From a virus, in IMG/VR virus record IMGVR_UViG_3300042309_001504, positions 1-64,000 of that record: a DNA stretch of 64,000 bases. One strand, given 5' to 3'. Of this stretch, positions 53,800-64,000 are shown one piece after another; the stretch's first letter is position 1, and each line of letters opens with the position of its first letter. A program made the position numbers and the translations under genes. Under the pieces are notes generated by a model. It was not told the origin of the DNA and did not search any database. It saw nothing but the letters and a program-made list of their open reading frames with translations.

Positions 53800-54843
53800 T
53801 TATTCAACGCTGCCCGGTGCTTTGTATGCCGATACAGTATAACCGGGAAAAGTGTATTCGTCAACAACAACATCCATTCCTTTAACATCTATATCGTGTT
53901 TAATCTGTTCACATTTGGTCATTATATTATTTTTAGCAACTGTTTGGTTGTCTCTGTATTCAGTAATGGTTGGTATATGAGTATTTTCAAAAGACGTTTT
54001 ACCAAAATGGCATAACTTATTGCACATCCATGTTTTATTGAGTCTAGGTTTAGTGGTTTTTTTAATAATTTCATATTTATCTTTTAGCATATTTTCTGTG
54101 CTTTTTAGGTCAGAATTATTAAAACATATAGAGTATGGACCACCATCATTAATAAAATAGATTGTTACAATAACATTATCTATATGAGGATATAATTGCT
54201 TTAATGCATAATGATAAATTTTAAGCTGAGGATCTTTTTCTAGCTTTTCCTGTGTCTTTTCTTGTCCTGTGGCCCAATCTAATCTACGACCAGTTTTCCA
54301 ATCTACAATTTCATATGTATTATCATCTATTTTAGTAATTAGATCTATCGTTCCCTTAATTGCTAAATTACCACTAATAGTTTCATCTTTTAATTTGAAA
54401 GAGTATTTAGACCATGGTTTTTTAATTTCTATATCAAACTTTTGTTCTGGACACACTATGATTCTATTTCTTGGATCAAACATTCCTCCATTATGAGATA
54501 TGGCCTTATATACCCAGCTATGACAATCTTTATAATCTTTAATTTCCCATGTATGATGGGAAAATTGTTTAGAATAATAATTATATACTTTTTCTATAAT
54601 AGTATTTAAATTATATTTATTAACATTAATATTACCAAGTATATCATCTTCAACAGTTTTTTCATCATTTTGAACTCCTTGTTGTATAACGGCTAGAATT
54701 TCTAAAACTTTATGAACTATCGTTCCTTTATCCGCCTTTTTATTAGACGGACCCCTCCATCCTAAAACATATTCGAAAAAATATTGCTGTTCGCACATAT
54801 TGTGCGTATTATAACTAGATGATCTAAAGTAAGTAATAATTAT
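53800..54843 (-). CDS. PD-(D/E)xK nuclease, Cas4/RecB/AddB-like
   Basis: RSSS...C, GTIVHKVLE, GTIDLI...IVDWKTG, QLKIY, C-terminal Cys cluster. Start probably ATA 54843; first ATG is 54798. Confidence 0.8.
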   Translation of the reverse strand: MIITYFRSSSYNTHNMCEQQYFFEYVLGWRGPSNKKADKGTIVHKVLEILAVIQQGVQNDEKTVEDDILGNINVNKYNLNTIIEKVYNYYSKQFSHHTWEIKDYKDCHSWVYKAISHNGGMFDPRNRIIVCPEQKFDIEIKKPWSKYSFKLKDETISGNLAIKGTIDLITKIDDNTYEIVDWKTGRRLDWATGQEKTQEKLEKDPQLKIYHYALKQLYPHIDNVIVTIYFINDGGPYSICFNNSDLKSTENMLKDKYEIIKKTTKPRLNKTWMCNKLCHFGKTSFENTHIPTITEYRDNQTVAKNNIMTKCEQIKHDIDVKGMDVVVDEYTFPGYTVSAYKAPGSVE

Positions 54844-55427
54844 GATATCACCTTATGTTGTGTGAGAAAATTGTATATTATTTTATTTTGTTCTCCAATA
54901 TTTAAATATCTATTATCAACTACAAGATCAAAATTATTCTGATTATATTTATTATCATCTAAAGCCATCTCACTTAAATGATCAGAATTGTATGGATTTC
55001 TAGTTAATTTAATAACAAGACCTCCAACTTCTTTTATTGCATCTACTTCATTAGGAAATCTACAATCAGCAATAATTGCGACAGTTGGTTTTTCTTGCTG
55101 TATTTTTCTGACAGTAGCACTAGACCATACATTCGTTTGCATCGCCCTAAACATATCTGTTCCAACCATTTGCATAACTTCTCTGGCCGTTAATTGTTTA
55201 TTATCCCAAAAACAGTTTACTAGTTCATTTTTTGATTCATCAGAACCATAACACTGATCATATGTTAATCCTAGTATATTTATACAAATATCTTGTTTTA
55301 GTGGATCAGCAAAATTATATATTTTTACATCTCCCAATAAGTTACCAGTAACTATATTGGCAACAAATTCTGAACAAGTTGTTTTGCCTGACTGTTTTCT
55401 GCCAGCGAAAGCAATAATTTTTGTCAT
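54840..55427 (-). CDS. Deoxynucleoside monophosphate kinase
   Basis: AGRKQSGKTT, FADPLK, REVMQMVGTD, IADCRFPNE, HLSE. Confidence 0.85.
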   Translation of the reverse strand: MTKIIAFAGRKQSGKTTCSEFVANIVTGNLLGDVKIYNFADPLKQDICINILGLTYDQCYGSDESKNELVNCFWDNKQLTAREVMQMVGTDMFRAMQTNVWSSATVRKIQQEKPTVAIIADCRFPNEVDAIKEVGGLVIKLTRNPYNSDHLSEMALDDNKYNQNNFDLVVDNRYLNIGEQNKIIYNFLTQHKVIS

Positions 55428-56599
55428 GTTATACTCTTTAAATACTCTTTAATTTGTTTGTTGATTTCATCACTTGTCATTTCGCCAATATCAGATTTAG
55501 ATATGGTTGGCGTATATATTTGATAGGTTTTTTGACATTTTTCAATAATGTTTTCTGCTGCTTTCTTACCAGCATCATCATTATCTGTTAAAATTACTAT
55601 TTTCATAGCGCCAGAACTATCTAATAGTAGTTTTTGTCTGTCGCTCATAGAAGAGCCAAAAATGGCTACGCTGTTATGTATATCGTTTTCCTCTAATCTC
55701 CATACGTTTCCAGGACTCTCTACTATAATTACAATATGGTCTTTTTTGATATATTCTTTTGAAAACCATAAATTATATAAATGATTTTGACACTTAAATC
55801 CATTACTATGTTTCCACTTGCTATATTTATAACCTTCTTCTTTGGAAGGACACGAATGGTTGTGGTCATGATGATATTTGCATTCGCCGCATTTTTCAAA
55901 TATTGAACGACCAGTACATCCAACAACATACTGCCCGGTAATGTCGTATACGGGCGCTACGACCCTATTAGACATTTCTTTATTTGGTCTGTCGCATAGA
56001 CCAACATCGTATTTAACCAGAACATCTGACGAATATCCACGATTTATGTAATATTGTGATGGTATTTTTAAATGACTACGAACAACATCTCTAGTTAAAC
56101 TAGGAACATTATCGGTATTGCTGTTATTATGTATCTTTTCTATAATTCTAGTAAAAGATTTTTTATCTTCAGTTTGATAATCAATTTTTATTTCTGCAAT
56201 ACTATTTCCTAAAAACTTTTCAGCAAAGTTTATTGCTTCATAGAAAGATGCGGTTTTATCTCCAGATTCACCCCATTTATATTTTCTATTAGAAATTATT
56301 CCTCTAATAAAACCTAAAATAGACTCCTTGAAAAATTTTTCACACCCATGAGTTCTGCATTTCCAATTACCTCTATAATTATCTCCCTCATGATAAATAT
56401 TTAATGCGGTTGGATTATCTCCACCATGAATAGGACAGGTCATAGAAATCATAGAACTATTTGTGTGTTTATAATCAATATTAAAATGAGATAATAAATC
56501 ATCTATCTTATCACATAATTGATCACAAATGATTTTTAGTTCTAATTGATTATATGAACGGTAGGGTTTCGTGGTCGTTCTCAATGTCAAATTCTTCAT
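55424..56599 (-). CDS. dnaG: DNA primase (zinc finger + TOPRIM)
   Basis: CPIHGGDN...WKC..HGC; IVESPGN; LTDNDDAG; adjacent to the helicase; start uncertain. Confidence 0.8.
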   Translation of the reverse strand: MKNLTLRTTTKPYRSYNQLELKIICDQLCDKIDDLLSHFNIDYKHTNSSMISMTCPIHGGDNPTALNIYHEGDNYRGNWKCRTHGCEKFFKESILGFIRGIISNRKYKWGESGDKTASFYEAINFAEKFLGNSIAEIKIDYQTEDKKSFTRIIEKIHNNSNTDNVPSLTRDVVRSHLKIPSQYYINRGYSSDVLVKYDVGLCDRPNKEMSNRVVAPVYDITGQYVVGCTGRSIFEKCGECKYHHDHNHSCPSKEEGYKYSKWKHSNGFKCQNHLYNLWFSKEYIKKDHIVIIVESPGNVWRLEENDIHNSVAIFGSSMSDRQKLLLDSSGAMKIVILTDNDDAGKKAAENIIEKCQKTYQIYTPTISKSDIGEMTSDEINKQIKEYLKSIT

Positions 56600-58004
56600 C
56601 AGTATTATTAGTTCCATTAAGTAATTCTAATCTTGTTTTACCCTCAACAATTTTGGCACACCAACCCTTCATATAGCAGTTGATATAGTCATTGTCGTCC
56701 AATCCGCCGCCGTGTCTACTAATGAGTGGAACTAGTTTGCGATTACCGTTTGTTGGTCCATCTTCTGCAATTTCTTCATCACTTTTTCTTTTAAAGATTG
56801 TAAAGTTACTACACAACCAAATGATTCTATCTGAACCACTTGCTGTATCTGTACTTTCTTTTGATATTCCGTCTCTATTTAATTGTATAAAAGCCACAAC
56901 AGGAATTTTATATTGGGTAGCAAAATTATGCAATGACGTCATCATAAAACCCAATACCTGATATTCTTTCATATCCTGAGATATTCCGGCACTATCCATC
57001 AGCTTCAAATAATCATAAAAAATCACACAATCTTTGGCTGTACCATCTGGATTAAGTCCAACATCTTTAACCAGCCATCTTCTCATTATTGCTATTTGTT
57101 CTTCAAAACTTTTACCGGCAATAGATTTATAATAAAGTTTTGTTTCTAGTAAATCTTTAGCAGCTTTGGTGACTTTATTTTTAAGAGTTTCTGATTGATA
57201 AAATTTACCAGTTTCTATACTATTAATTTCTACTTCTGTCATCATAGCTAATATTCTATGAATATGGTCTTCTTTTGTCATTTCTGTATCTAAATTCAAT
57301 ACAGGAATTTTAAGCTTATTTGCTATATGAAAACCCATATTATCCGACAATAATGTTTTGCCTGTTTTTGGCCTTGCTGCTATAACATTGATTGTGCTTT
57401 TTCTTAATCCTCCACCTATAGACTGATCATATATCGGAAACCCGGTTGAAATACCAACTTGATCTATTGGATTATTTCCTAAATATTCTATATATTGATC
57501 TATTTCGTTACCAATAATTTCAGGATTATTATCTACTTGATCTATAGAATTAACAAAATTAAACACACTGTCTTCTGCTATACTAACTATACTATTTATG
57601 CTTTCTGTGCCAGAAATATTTTCTATTTTATTTTGTGCATGTTGAAGTTGTTGAGTTAGTAGTCTGGCTATTTCTAGCTTCTTAATTTTAGTCGCAAACT
57701 TCTTAACATTATTTTTTTCTACAGGAAAACTTAATATGGCTTTAAGATGTTGAATCTCGTCTTTATGAGATAAAATATGAGATAAACCAACCTCTTGAGA
57801 TGCTGATAAAATCGATGCTATATCAAGTTTGGTTTTAGGCTCTGACGATAAAATATGCTTTATACATTTATATAAATAAATATTGCTATCTATAGTAAAT
57901 GTTGACTCTGATATAATATCAGAAATTTCCACATATACTTCATCACCAAACAAACATATTCCGCTTAAAACAGCTCTTTCGGCCGCAGAGTCAGATAATA
58001 TCAT
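56550..58004 (-). CDS. dnaB: Replicative DNA helicase
   Basis: AERAVL N-terminus, GISTGF, ARPKTGKT, FYDYL, QLNR; start refined to ATG 58004. Confidence 0.9.
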   Translation of the reverse strand: MILSDSAAERAVLSGICLFGDEVYVEISDIISESTFTIDSNIYLYKCIKHILSSEPKTKLDIASILSASQEVGLSHILSHKDEIQHLKAILSFPVEKNNVKKFATKIKKLEIARLLTQQLQHAQNKIENISGTESINSIVSIAEDSVFNFVNSIDQVDNNPEIIGNEIDQYIEYLGNNPIDQVGISTGFPIYDQSIGGGLRKSTINVIAARPKTGKTLLSDNMGFHIANKLKIPVLNLDTEMTKEDHIHRILAMMTEVEINSIETGKFYQSETLKNKVTKAAKDLLETKLYYKSIAGKSFEEQIAIMRRWLVKDVGLNPDGTAKDCVIFYDYLKLMDSAGISQDMKEYQVLGFMMTSLHNFATQYKIPVVAFIQLNRDGISKESTDTASGSDRIIWLCSNFTIFKRKSDEEIAEDGPTNGNRKLVPLISRHGGGLDDNDYINCYMKGWCAKIVEGKTRLELLNGTNNTDEEFDIENDHETLPFI

Positions 58005-58008
58005 ATTT

Positions 58009-58359
58009 TCATCCTGCTGAAATGGAACACTTATTACACTTATATCTATCTGTTGATATAACCAACGATGGACTAACCTTATCTTGTTTACCACAAACCC
58101 TGCATTTTACAGAAACCAAATTTGTTTTTCTGGTTCTTGGCATAGGCGGTTTTTGTTGTAATCTTTGATCTATTTCTACGTCCTCTTTATGCATATTTTT
58201 TTCTGGCATATCAGAGAATTTATTATAGAAATTGCTCTTTTTAGTTTTTGTAGGGGTGGGTTCGTCCTCTACTTCAGTATTAGTTTCTGACGACTGATTG
58301 TCCAACATTAGTTGTAACATATCGATCATCTGTTGAATTTGTTTAGGAGATAGATCCAT
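58009..58359 (-). CDS. Zinc-ribbon hypothetical protein
   Basis: CRVC...CNKC. Confidence 0.6.
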   Translation of the reverse strand: MDLSPKQIQQMIDMLQLMLDNQSSETNTEVEDEPTPTKTKKSNFYNKFSDMPEKNMHKEDVEIDQRLQQKPPMPRTRKTNLVSVKCRVCGKQDKVSPSLVISTDRYKCNKCSISAG

Positions 58360-58831
58360 GTTTTACCTTTGTTTTTAAAATGGATAAGAGAATATCAGAT
58401 AGATTTTTAATACTATTTGCTATATATTGTAATCTGTCGCTTCTTTGTTTGGCATATTTTTTGATCTTATTAAGAGCATTTGCTTTATCATTATGCTTTA
58501 TAGCCTGACTAGATTTTTCTATGTATCCATAGCCTTTATAATTATTGATATCATCGGCTATAGCTTCTTTAATATTTTCTTCTGACCAATTATATCTAGC
58601 TATTTCTCTATTAATAGATCTTTGTACATGAAAAGAAAACTGTCCAAGTCTATATGCGATTATGGAACAATCTTCTGGTGTTAACTTTTCAAGCTCATCT
58701 CTAGACATATACAAATATTTATTTAATTCTGATTCATCAAATTGATTTGGTACATAGGTACCCAAACCTAATTGATTCTCATATTCGTCTAGAACTTTAT
58801 CCCATTCACTAACTTGATCTTTGGTGTTCAT
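58343..58831 (-). CDS. Hypothetical coiled-coil protein (UvsY-like position)
   Basis: Helical 162 aa near recA; function inferred from context only. Confidence 0.45.
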   Translation of the reverse strand: MNTKDQVSEWDKVLDEYENQLGLGTYVPNQFDESELNKYLYMSRDELEKLTPEDCSIIAYRLGQFSFHVQRSINREIARYNWSEENIKEAIADDINNYKGYGYIEKSSQAIKHNDKANALNKIKKYAKQRSDRLQYIANSIKNLSDILLSILKTKVKHGSIS

Positions 58832-59229
58832 GTTTTAATAATTTCTTCCCAAGAGTCGATGTTATCATACGATAAAACTATATATTTAATATTATTATTT
58901 TCGCACCATTCTTTTTTATTCTCATCTCTTTTTTTATGTTTCATAAATCCTAATACGGAATTATGAAAAAATTTATTAAACTTAAAATGTTGTTCACCAT
59001 GAACTTCTACGCAAGTTTTTGTAAGAGGTAAATAAAAATCCATATATAGAGTTTCTGCTTTTCTTAATGGTATGGCTACTTCTTCTAAAATTTGTAGTGT
59101 AGGAAAACATTTATGTAATAGATCTCTTGCTTTAAGATGTAATGATGATTTATTTTGCATAGAACCATGGGAAATATTACCGATCAATTGCCAATGAACA
59201 GTATTATTATCTAAATCTTTTACTTGCAT
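58828..59229 (-). CDS. DUF559/Vsr-like endonuclease
   Basis: LYMDFYLP...VEVHGEQH...RDENKKEWC. Confidence 0.7.
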   Translation of the reverse strand: MQVKDLDNNTVHWQLIGNISHGSMQNKSSLHLKARDLLHKCFPTLQILEEVAIPLRKAETLYMDFYLPLTKTCVEVHGEQHFKFNKFFHNSVLGFMKHKKRDENKKEWCENNNIKYIVLSYDNIDSWEEIIKT

Positions 59230-60239
59230 TTTAATCCCATAGTAGTTTTTATCTCATTCCATAAATCTTCGTACACTTTATTGTTATCTACTAAAAATTG
59301 TCTAGTTTTTTCTAAACCTTGAAATTTTGGTTTGTCTGGAGCACTTGTAAGAGTATACCATGCTCCGCCCTTGGATACAAGTCCCATATCAACAGCAAGA
59401 GTCAGTAATTCCATATATTTATCTATTCCTTGTCCATATCTTAAATAAGATGTTATTTTTCCTCCGGGTGGACCTAATGCTGAACATAATACTTGCCATT
59501 CGATTTCTTGTCCAATTTGAGGAGAATCGTCGGATAGATTCCATGCTTTGAAATAAGTTGCTTTTAATTTAATATCCGTTTGATATGCTATAGCCTGTCC
59601 ACTTTTTTCTTTCCATTCTACATATCCATTACCGGGATTACCCATCAAATGAGTTATACCTATAACAATATTTCTGTTCACAGGAATAACATTCGCAACT
59701 TTCCTACAAAATTTAGCTAATAATTTTGCCCCATCTGCTCTTTGCATTTTATTCATATCGCTTGTTATTTCTGCTTCTGTACACAATGCAGAATATGAGT
59801 CAATAATTAAAAGAGATCCTGGAATCTCATTAATAATTCTTTCTGCAATTTGTAAGTATTCTTCAGCATGTAATATTTTACCTGTTTGAGATCCAATCAC
59901 ATGAAATTTATCTAGATTTAATCCTGGTATTCCTTCCAAATCTCGTTTTTTCAATCGACCTTCAATATTTAGGTAGTACACATCCCTGCCATCTTTAAAA
60001 GAGCCGTAAGCATATTCTGGTTTTTGAGCATTTGCACAGAATGCTAAAGAAGTCGTGGTTTTTCCACACTTTGGTTGTCCGGTTAGAATTACGAATGATC
60101 CTTCCGGAATACCACCATTTAATACAACATCAAGAGATGGACTAATTGGTATAGTAATTAGATCTTTATCAACAACAGCATTTCCTGTTAGAATAACCTC
60201 AGAACCGAATGTTTTAGAAACATCTTCTTTAAGTCCCAT
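59220..60239 (-). CDS. recA: RecA/UvsX-like recombinase
   Basis: SLDVVLNGGIP, GQPKCGKTT, IIDS, SGQAIAY, GGAWY. Confidence 0.85.
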   Translation of the reverse strand: MGLKEDVSKTFGSEVILTGNAVVDKDLITIPISPSLDVVLNGGIPEGSFVILTGQPKCGKTTTSLAFCANAQKPEYAYGSFKDGRDVYYLNIEGRLKKRDLEGIPGLNLDKFHVIGSQTGKILHAEEYLQIAERIINEIPGSLLIIDSYSALCTEAEITSDMNKMQRADGAKLLAKFCRKVANVIPVNRNIVIGITHLMGNPGNGYVEWKEKSGQAIAYQTDIKLKATYFKAWNLSDDSPQIGQEIEWQVLCSALGPPGGKITSYLRYGQGIDKYMELLTLAVDMGLVSKGGAWYTLTSAPDKPKFQGLEKTRQFLVDNNKVYEDLWNEIKTTMGLKCK

Positions 60240-60648
60240 TATCTAAGTCCCTTATTTTAGAAATAATATTTTTTGAAGTAGTAGATTGTCTAAAGTTAGT
60301 TTTTGGATTTCTGTCGATAGTTTTTGATAATTGAGTATTTTCTGATTCCAATTGCAACTTTTCGTATTCTATAATAGGCTTCAGATGGGGCGCTCTCAAT
60401 GAGTATATATTTTTAGATTTTGGATTAGATAAAGCTCTTACAACAGCTTTGTCTCCATATTGCTTAATCAACTTATTAGCCGATGCTATTTGATTTCTAA
60501 AAAATTTAGACCATTCATTATTCAGCCAAAATCTATAATGTAAATCCTTTTTTTCTATCAGAGCCTTTTTTTCACAGATTAACTCGGTAACATATTGAGC
60601 AGCAGAGACGGTTGTTTGAGAATACTTGGATGGATATTTATTTGCCAT
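60229..60648 (-). CDS. Hypothetical protein
   Basis: Start refined to MANKYPSKY at 60648. Confidence 0.6.
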   Translation of the reverse strand: MANKYPSKYSQTTVSAAQYVTELICEKKALIEKKDLHYRFWLNNEWSKFFRNQIASANKLIKQYGDKAVVRALSNPKSKNIYSLRAPHLKPIIEYEKLQLESENTQLSKTIDRNPKTNFRQSTTSKNIISKIRDLDNGT

Positions 60649-60979
60649 TTGGTCTATGAATAGAATTTTTTGCTGTACGGGAAACTGTTGGTGGTAAATT
60701 TTTCTTAAACTCATCATTAACCTGAGACGCTTCTTTTGTCATAATAGAAACAGACTTATTTCCTTTGACAGAAGTTTGTGATATCATCAAATCTTTAGAT
60801 GTAACCTTTGAGCTTTTAACATTGATATCCTTACTAGTATCTATTGATTGATTTTTTTCAACGAATCTTTTTACTGATTCAAAATCTAATTTAAGATCAT
60901 GTGATATTTCTTGTTCTGTTTTATTTTTTTCTAGCATATGCAAAATAGCATACTGTTCGATCTTGGATAATTTTTTCAT
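60638..60979 (-). CDS. Hypothetical protein with N-terminal helix-turn-helix-like segment
   Basis: KTEQEISHDLKLDFESVKRF. Confidence 0.5.
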   Translation of the reverse strand: MKKLSKIEQYAILHMLEKNKTEQEISHDLKLDFESVKRFVEKNQSIDTSKDINVKSSKVTSKDLMISQTSVKGNKSVSIMTKEASQVNDEFKKNLPPTVSRTAKNSIHRPNGK

Positions 60980-61359
60980 GTCATTTCCCTTTCTGCATTA
61001 TTTAACCATGCAATATTTTTAGATCTTAAAAAGTTTATATACATATCAAATACCTTTTGGGGTACTTGCTTAAAATCGTATTCTTTTTTTCCTGTTTTTG
61101 TTAAAAATTTTGTGTGTCTTCCTTCGCTGTATGCTCCTATGGGATTATAAATTCTCCCATAAAGACCTATCTTAATAAAATATTTAGTAGTATTTCCTAT
61201 AATCTTTTTAGCAAATACATCAGCTGTCTCTTTTTTTAGAATAGGATTACCTTCGTTATCAATAAGTTTATGTTTACCAAATATGGTATAATAAACATGA
61301 GTATCTTCAGAAACTTCATCGTTAGATACTTCTTGTTTTGGTTGATGTAAAAAAGTCAT
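60976..61359 (-). CDS. Hypothetical protein
   Basis: Tightly packed operon ORF. Confidence 0.6.
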   Translation of the reverse strand: MTFLHQPKQEVSNDEVSEDTHVYYTIFGKHKLIDNEGNPILKKETADVFAKKIIGNTTKYFIKIGLYGRIYNPIGAYSEGRHTKFLTKTGKKEYDFKQVPQKVFDMYINFLRSKNIAWLNNAEREMT

Positions 61360-61360
61360 A

Positions 61361-61705
61361 TCATCTCCATTTTATTTTTTTAGGCTTGTTGATTCTCGAC
61401 ATTCCTTTAGGCAAAGGCTTTTGCGACTGCTCGTCCTTATAGTCATTATGTTTTTTACTTAGTTCATTTTTTTGATCGTCACTCATTCTATCTCTATTCC
61501 TATTTGCTAAATCTCCTATTGTTTTCAACTCTGAGTCGTGTTTAACAATAGATGAATTGATAGTAAGTAAATCATTTTCATAGTCTCTATCTGTCTTAGA
61601 TTTATTACATGATGGACATTTTGGATGAGCATTATAGTCTTTTATATAAGAAAATAGCTCAAAAGAATGATTACAAGAATTACAAATATATGAATATGTT
61701 GGCAT
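61361..61705 (-). CDS. FmdB-family zinc ribbon protein
   Basis: MPTYSYICNSCNHSFE...CPSC. Confidence 0.75.
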   Translation of the reverse strand: MPTYSYICNSCNHSFELFSYIKDYNAHPKCPSCNKSKTDRDYENDLLTINSSIVKHDSELKTIGDLANRNRDRMSDDQKNELSKKHNDYKDEQSQKPLPKGMSRINKPKKIKWR

Positions 61706-61709
61706 AAAT

Positions 61710-62270
61710 TTAAAAAATATAATTAATCCATTCCTCGGGCAGATCATTCTTTATGATATCTAGTCTCCTAGTCACAGACAAGTATTTTTTGTGTTTAGAT
61801 GGGCTTGTTGGAATATTCATTAATTTCATATTGGCTTGTTCTGGTGTTCTATTTCCTTTTCTTCTGTTACATTCTGTACAGGCCAAAACTATATTTGTCC
61901 ATGTTGTAGGAGAATAATCATATGACCATTGAGATTTTGGTATAATATGATCATATGTCATTTGATTTTTATCTGATTTTTGACCACAATATTGACATTT
62001 ATAATTATCTCTTACAAATAAATTAGCACGAGAAAATTTAACAATACAATTATGTAAATTTAAATAATGTTTTACTCTTATTACAGCAGGAATATAAACC
62101 TTATAGTCTATACCAATTAAATAATCATCTTTATAATAGTTAACAATTTCTAGTGTTTGAGATAAATCATCTTTATATAGAAAACTAATAGCTTTTCTAT
62201 AATCTATAATTGACAAAGGAGTATAATCCGCATTCAATACTAGACACTGTTTATGTTTGGTTTGACTCAT
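61710..62270 (-). CDS. HNH endonuclease
   Basis: LVLNADYTPL, RDNYKCQYCG, DHIIPKS, NIVLACTECNRRKG. Confidence 0.9.
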   Translation of the reverse strand: MSQTKHKQCLVLNADYTPLSIIDYRKAISFLYKDDLSQTLEIVNYYKDDYLIGIDYKVYIPAVIRVKHYLNLHNCIVKFSRANLFVRDNYKCQYCGQKSDKNQMTYDHIIPKSQWSYDYSPTTWTNIVLACTECNRRKGNRTPEQANMKLMNIPTSPSKHKKYLSVTRRLDIIKNDLPEEWINYIF

Positions 62271-62979
62271 AAGATTCTATTTTCGACATTATATCTGCAA
62301 TTATAGGATTCCTAATAATATCGGAAGATTCTAAATAACTAAAACCTATATTATTTATATCTTGTAAAACCTGTGATATAATCTTATATCCACCTTGTAA
62401 ATTTCTAGCCAAGTCAGATTGTCTAATATCTCCAGTGATGACCATTTTACTGTTTTGTCCAATACGTGTCAACAACATTTTTAATTGATCATAGGTAGCA
62501 TTTTGACACTCGTCCGCAACAATAAATGAATCATGAAAACTTCTACCGCGCATTAATCCTAATGGCACAATTTCTATTTGATTATTAAGCTTTAATTTAT
62601 TGTAGTGTTGAATATGAATAAAATGATTTATTTCATCTAAAATAGGTAATAAATAAGGATGAATTTTTTCTTCTGCTGTACCCGGTAAATAACCAATTTT
62701 TTCACCAGCTTCTATAACTGGTCTAGTAATAATAATTTTTTTAATTTTTTGATCAGACAAATATTCTAATGCCATACCAATAGCAATATGTGTTTTACCA
62801 GTACCAGCAACACCTTGACAAAATGTAATCACATTTTCTGCAATAGTTCTTATATAATCCTTTTGATTACTTGTTTTAGGTTTTAAACGATTTTTAAAAT
62901 TAAAAGTAGTGTCGGGAGTTAATGCAACATTAGTTAAATCAATAGGTTTCTTATTCGATTTGTTATTTTTTTTTCTCAA
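62251..62979 (-). CDS. phoH: PhoH-family ATPase
   Basis: GVAGTGKT, ITRP, GYLPG, MRGRSF, DECQN, LTRIG, GDIRQSD. Confidence 0.95.
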   Translation of the reverse strand: MRKKNNKSNKKPIDLTNVALTPDTTFNFKNRLKPKTSNQKDYIRTIAENVITFCQGVAGTGKTHIAIGMALEYLSDQKIKKIIITRPVIEAGEKIGYLPGTAEEKIHPYLLPILDEINHFIHIQHYNKLKLNNQIEIVPLGLMRGRSFHDSFIVADECQNATYDQLKMLLTRIGQNSKMVITGDIRQSDLARNLQGGYKIISQVLQDINNIGFSYLESSDIIRNPIIADIMSKIESYESNQT

Positions 62980-63003
62980 TGATATATCCCCATAAGGATG
63001 TGA

Positions 63004-63999
63004 TTAAATTAGACACGCGCCACCAGCACAACTAATTTCCTCAATCCCTACAGTATTGTCCTCTGTCTCCAACAACTGAGTATAGTCAACTTTCTTAAAA
63101 CTATGAAATAAATCACAGTATACTTTCCAATTATAAACATCTTTCATGCAGTATGTTAGTCTTTTAACATCTCCATCAAAATATTTACCAGCAAAATTTT
63201 TCATTTTGGTGATAAACATAAGTTTGGATTCGTGATCATCTTTGTTAGCTTGATTTAAGGTAACATAATCACATGCGGCCCATAAGTTTTTATTAAATGT
63301 ATTAAGAGCCAACTCTATAAGACCAGAACACCATAATGAAGCGTCTCCATATTCTTTTACTATTTCTCTGCTTGTATAAACAGTAGTAAATGGTGCTTGT
63401 GGATAGTCCTTATCTCCGCTTTGTGGAATTAGACTAATACCAGCAAAATATTTACGATTATTATAAATATATTCAGTAACCTCTTCCCATTCATCTGGTT
63501 TAACCGTTACAGTATTGCTAACATTATGACACAAATAGTCTTGCGTACATAAAGACCTGTTTTTACCAGAATGTACCCAATTTTTTTGAGTATCTTTTAC
63601 TATTGATAACATTTCCACAGCCGGTAATTGATTTTTTAATTTTGCACCATCTGGAACTTCTATTGGAAATTTGACCACTTCGTCTGTATTGTTTGCTGAC
63701 CAAACCGAACGCTCACAGGCTTGAGGGTTATAAGACTTAAAGTGTTGGTATGGTGCCTCTAAAACATTAGCCTGTACATGTCTTATATAGCGTTTAGCAT
63801 GATGTGGATGTATGCCAGATGATGTACCAAGCATACTACTACTGGTGCCTTCTGGTTTTAAGCAAGTTACTCTGGCGGCTTGATTAATACCAATTTTTTG
63901 AGATAATTCTTTATTGGTTTCTACAGCAATTTTGGCACCAGTTTTTAATACTTGCTCCGTTAATAATAAATCATGCTTTTCCATTATTCCTGTCATGGA
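63004..63999 (-). CDS. nrdJ: Adenosylcobalamin-dependent ribonucleotide reductase (class II), C-terminal part (5' truncated by window)
   Basis: TCLKPEGTSS, SSGIHPHH, HNVSNT, YPQAPF, C-terminal CAGGAC. Confidence 0.85.
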   Translation of the reverse strand, partial: SMTGIMEKHDLLLTEQVLKTGAKIAVETNKELSQKIGINQAARVTCLKPEGTSSSMLGTSSGIHPHHAKRYIRHVQANVLEAPYQHFKSYNPQACERSVWSANNTDEVVKFPIEVPDGAKLKNQLPAVEMLSIVKDTQKNWVHSGKNRSLCTQDYLCHNVSNTVTVKPDEWEEVTEYIYNNRKYFAGISLIPQSGDKDYPQAPFTTVYTSREIVKEYGDASLWCSGLIELALNTFNKNLWAACDYVTLNQANKDDHESKLMFITKMKNFAGKYFDGDVKRLTYCMKDVYNWKVYCDLFHSFKKVDYTQLLETEDNTVGIEEISCAGGACLI

Positions 64000-64000
64000 A

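Noticed and set aside
56550-56590. TTGACA and TATAAT near the primase start
   Set aside because: Spacing is about 30 nt, incompatible with a sigma70 promoter
1-64000. tRNA, rRNA or other structured RNA genes
   Set aside because: Intergenic gaps are short (under about 100 nt) and no cloverleaf was recognised by eye; tRNAscan-SE or Infernal would be needed to exclude them formally

Overview
A 64 kb, AT-rich (roughly 30% GC by eye) segment of a large tailed dsDNA bacteriophage, probably siphovirus-like because no tail sheath gene is recognisable. It uses the standard genetic code and its host cannot be assigned from this window. The + strand (1-41757) carries the virion morphogenesis module: portal (partial), prohead protease/scaffold, decoration protein, major capsid, neck genes, three fibre proteins, two paralogous tail-tube-like genes, chaperones, a 3894-aa tape measure protein (TMP) and distal tail proteins. 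The - strand (41764-64000) carries a converging replication/metabolism module: class II RNR (partial), PhoH, HNH, RecA, DnaB, primase, dNMP kinase, a Cas4/RecB-like nuclease, split DnaE with a 3'-5' exonuclease gene between the halves, SSB, a glycosyltransferase cluster and a putative single-strand annealing protein. Two observations stand out. (1) The dnaE reading frame is broken inside the PHP metal-binding motif (HVHS-stop, then HYSLLDG resumes 8 nt later in another frame), with the stop inside a hairpin. This suggests programmed recoding or micro-splicing if it is not an assembly error or mutation. (2) The TMP looks like a polyprotein in which PD-(D/E)xK-like and HAD-like domains are bracketed by a recurrent (F/Y)xxGG / DTVPAMLTPGEFV module. 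All product calls come from motif recognition and gene order, not database searches.
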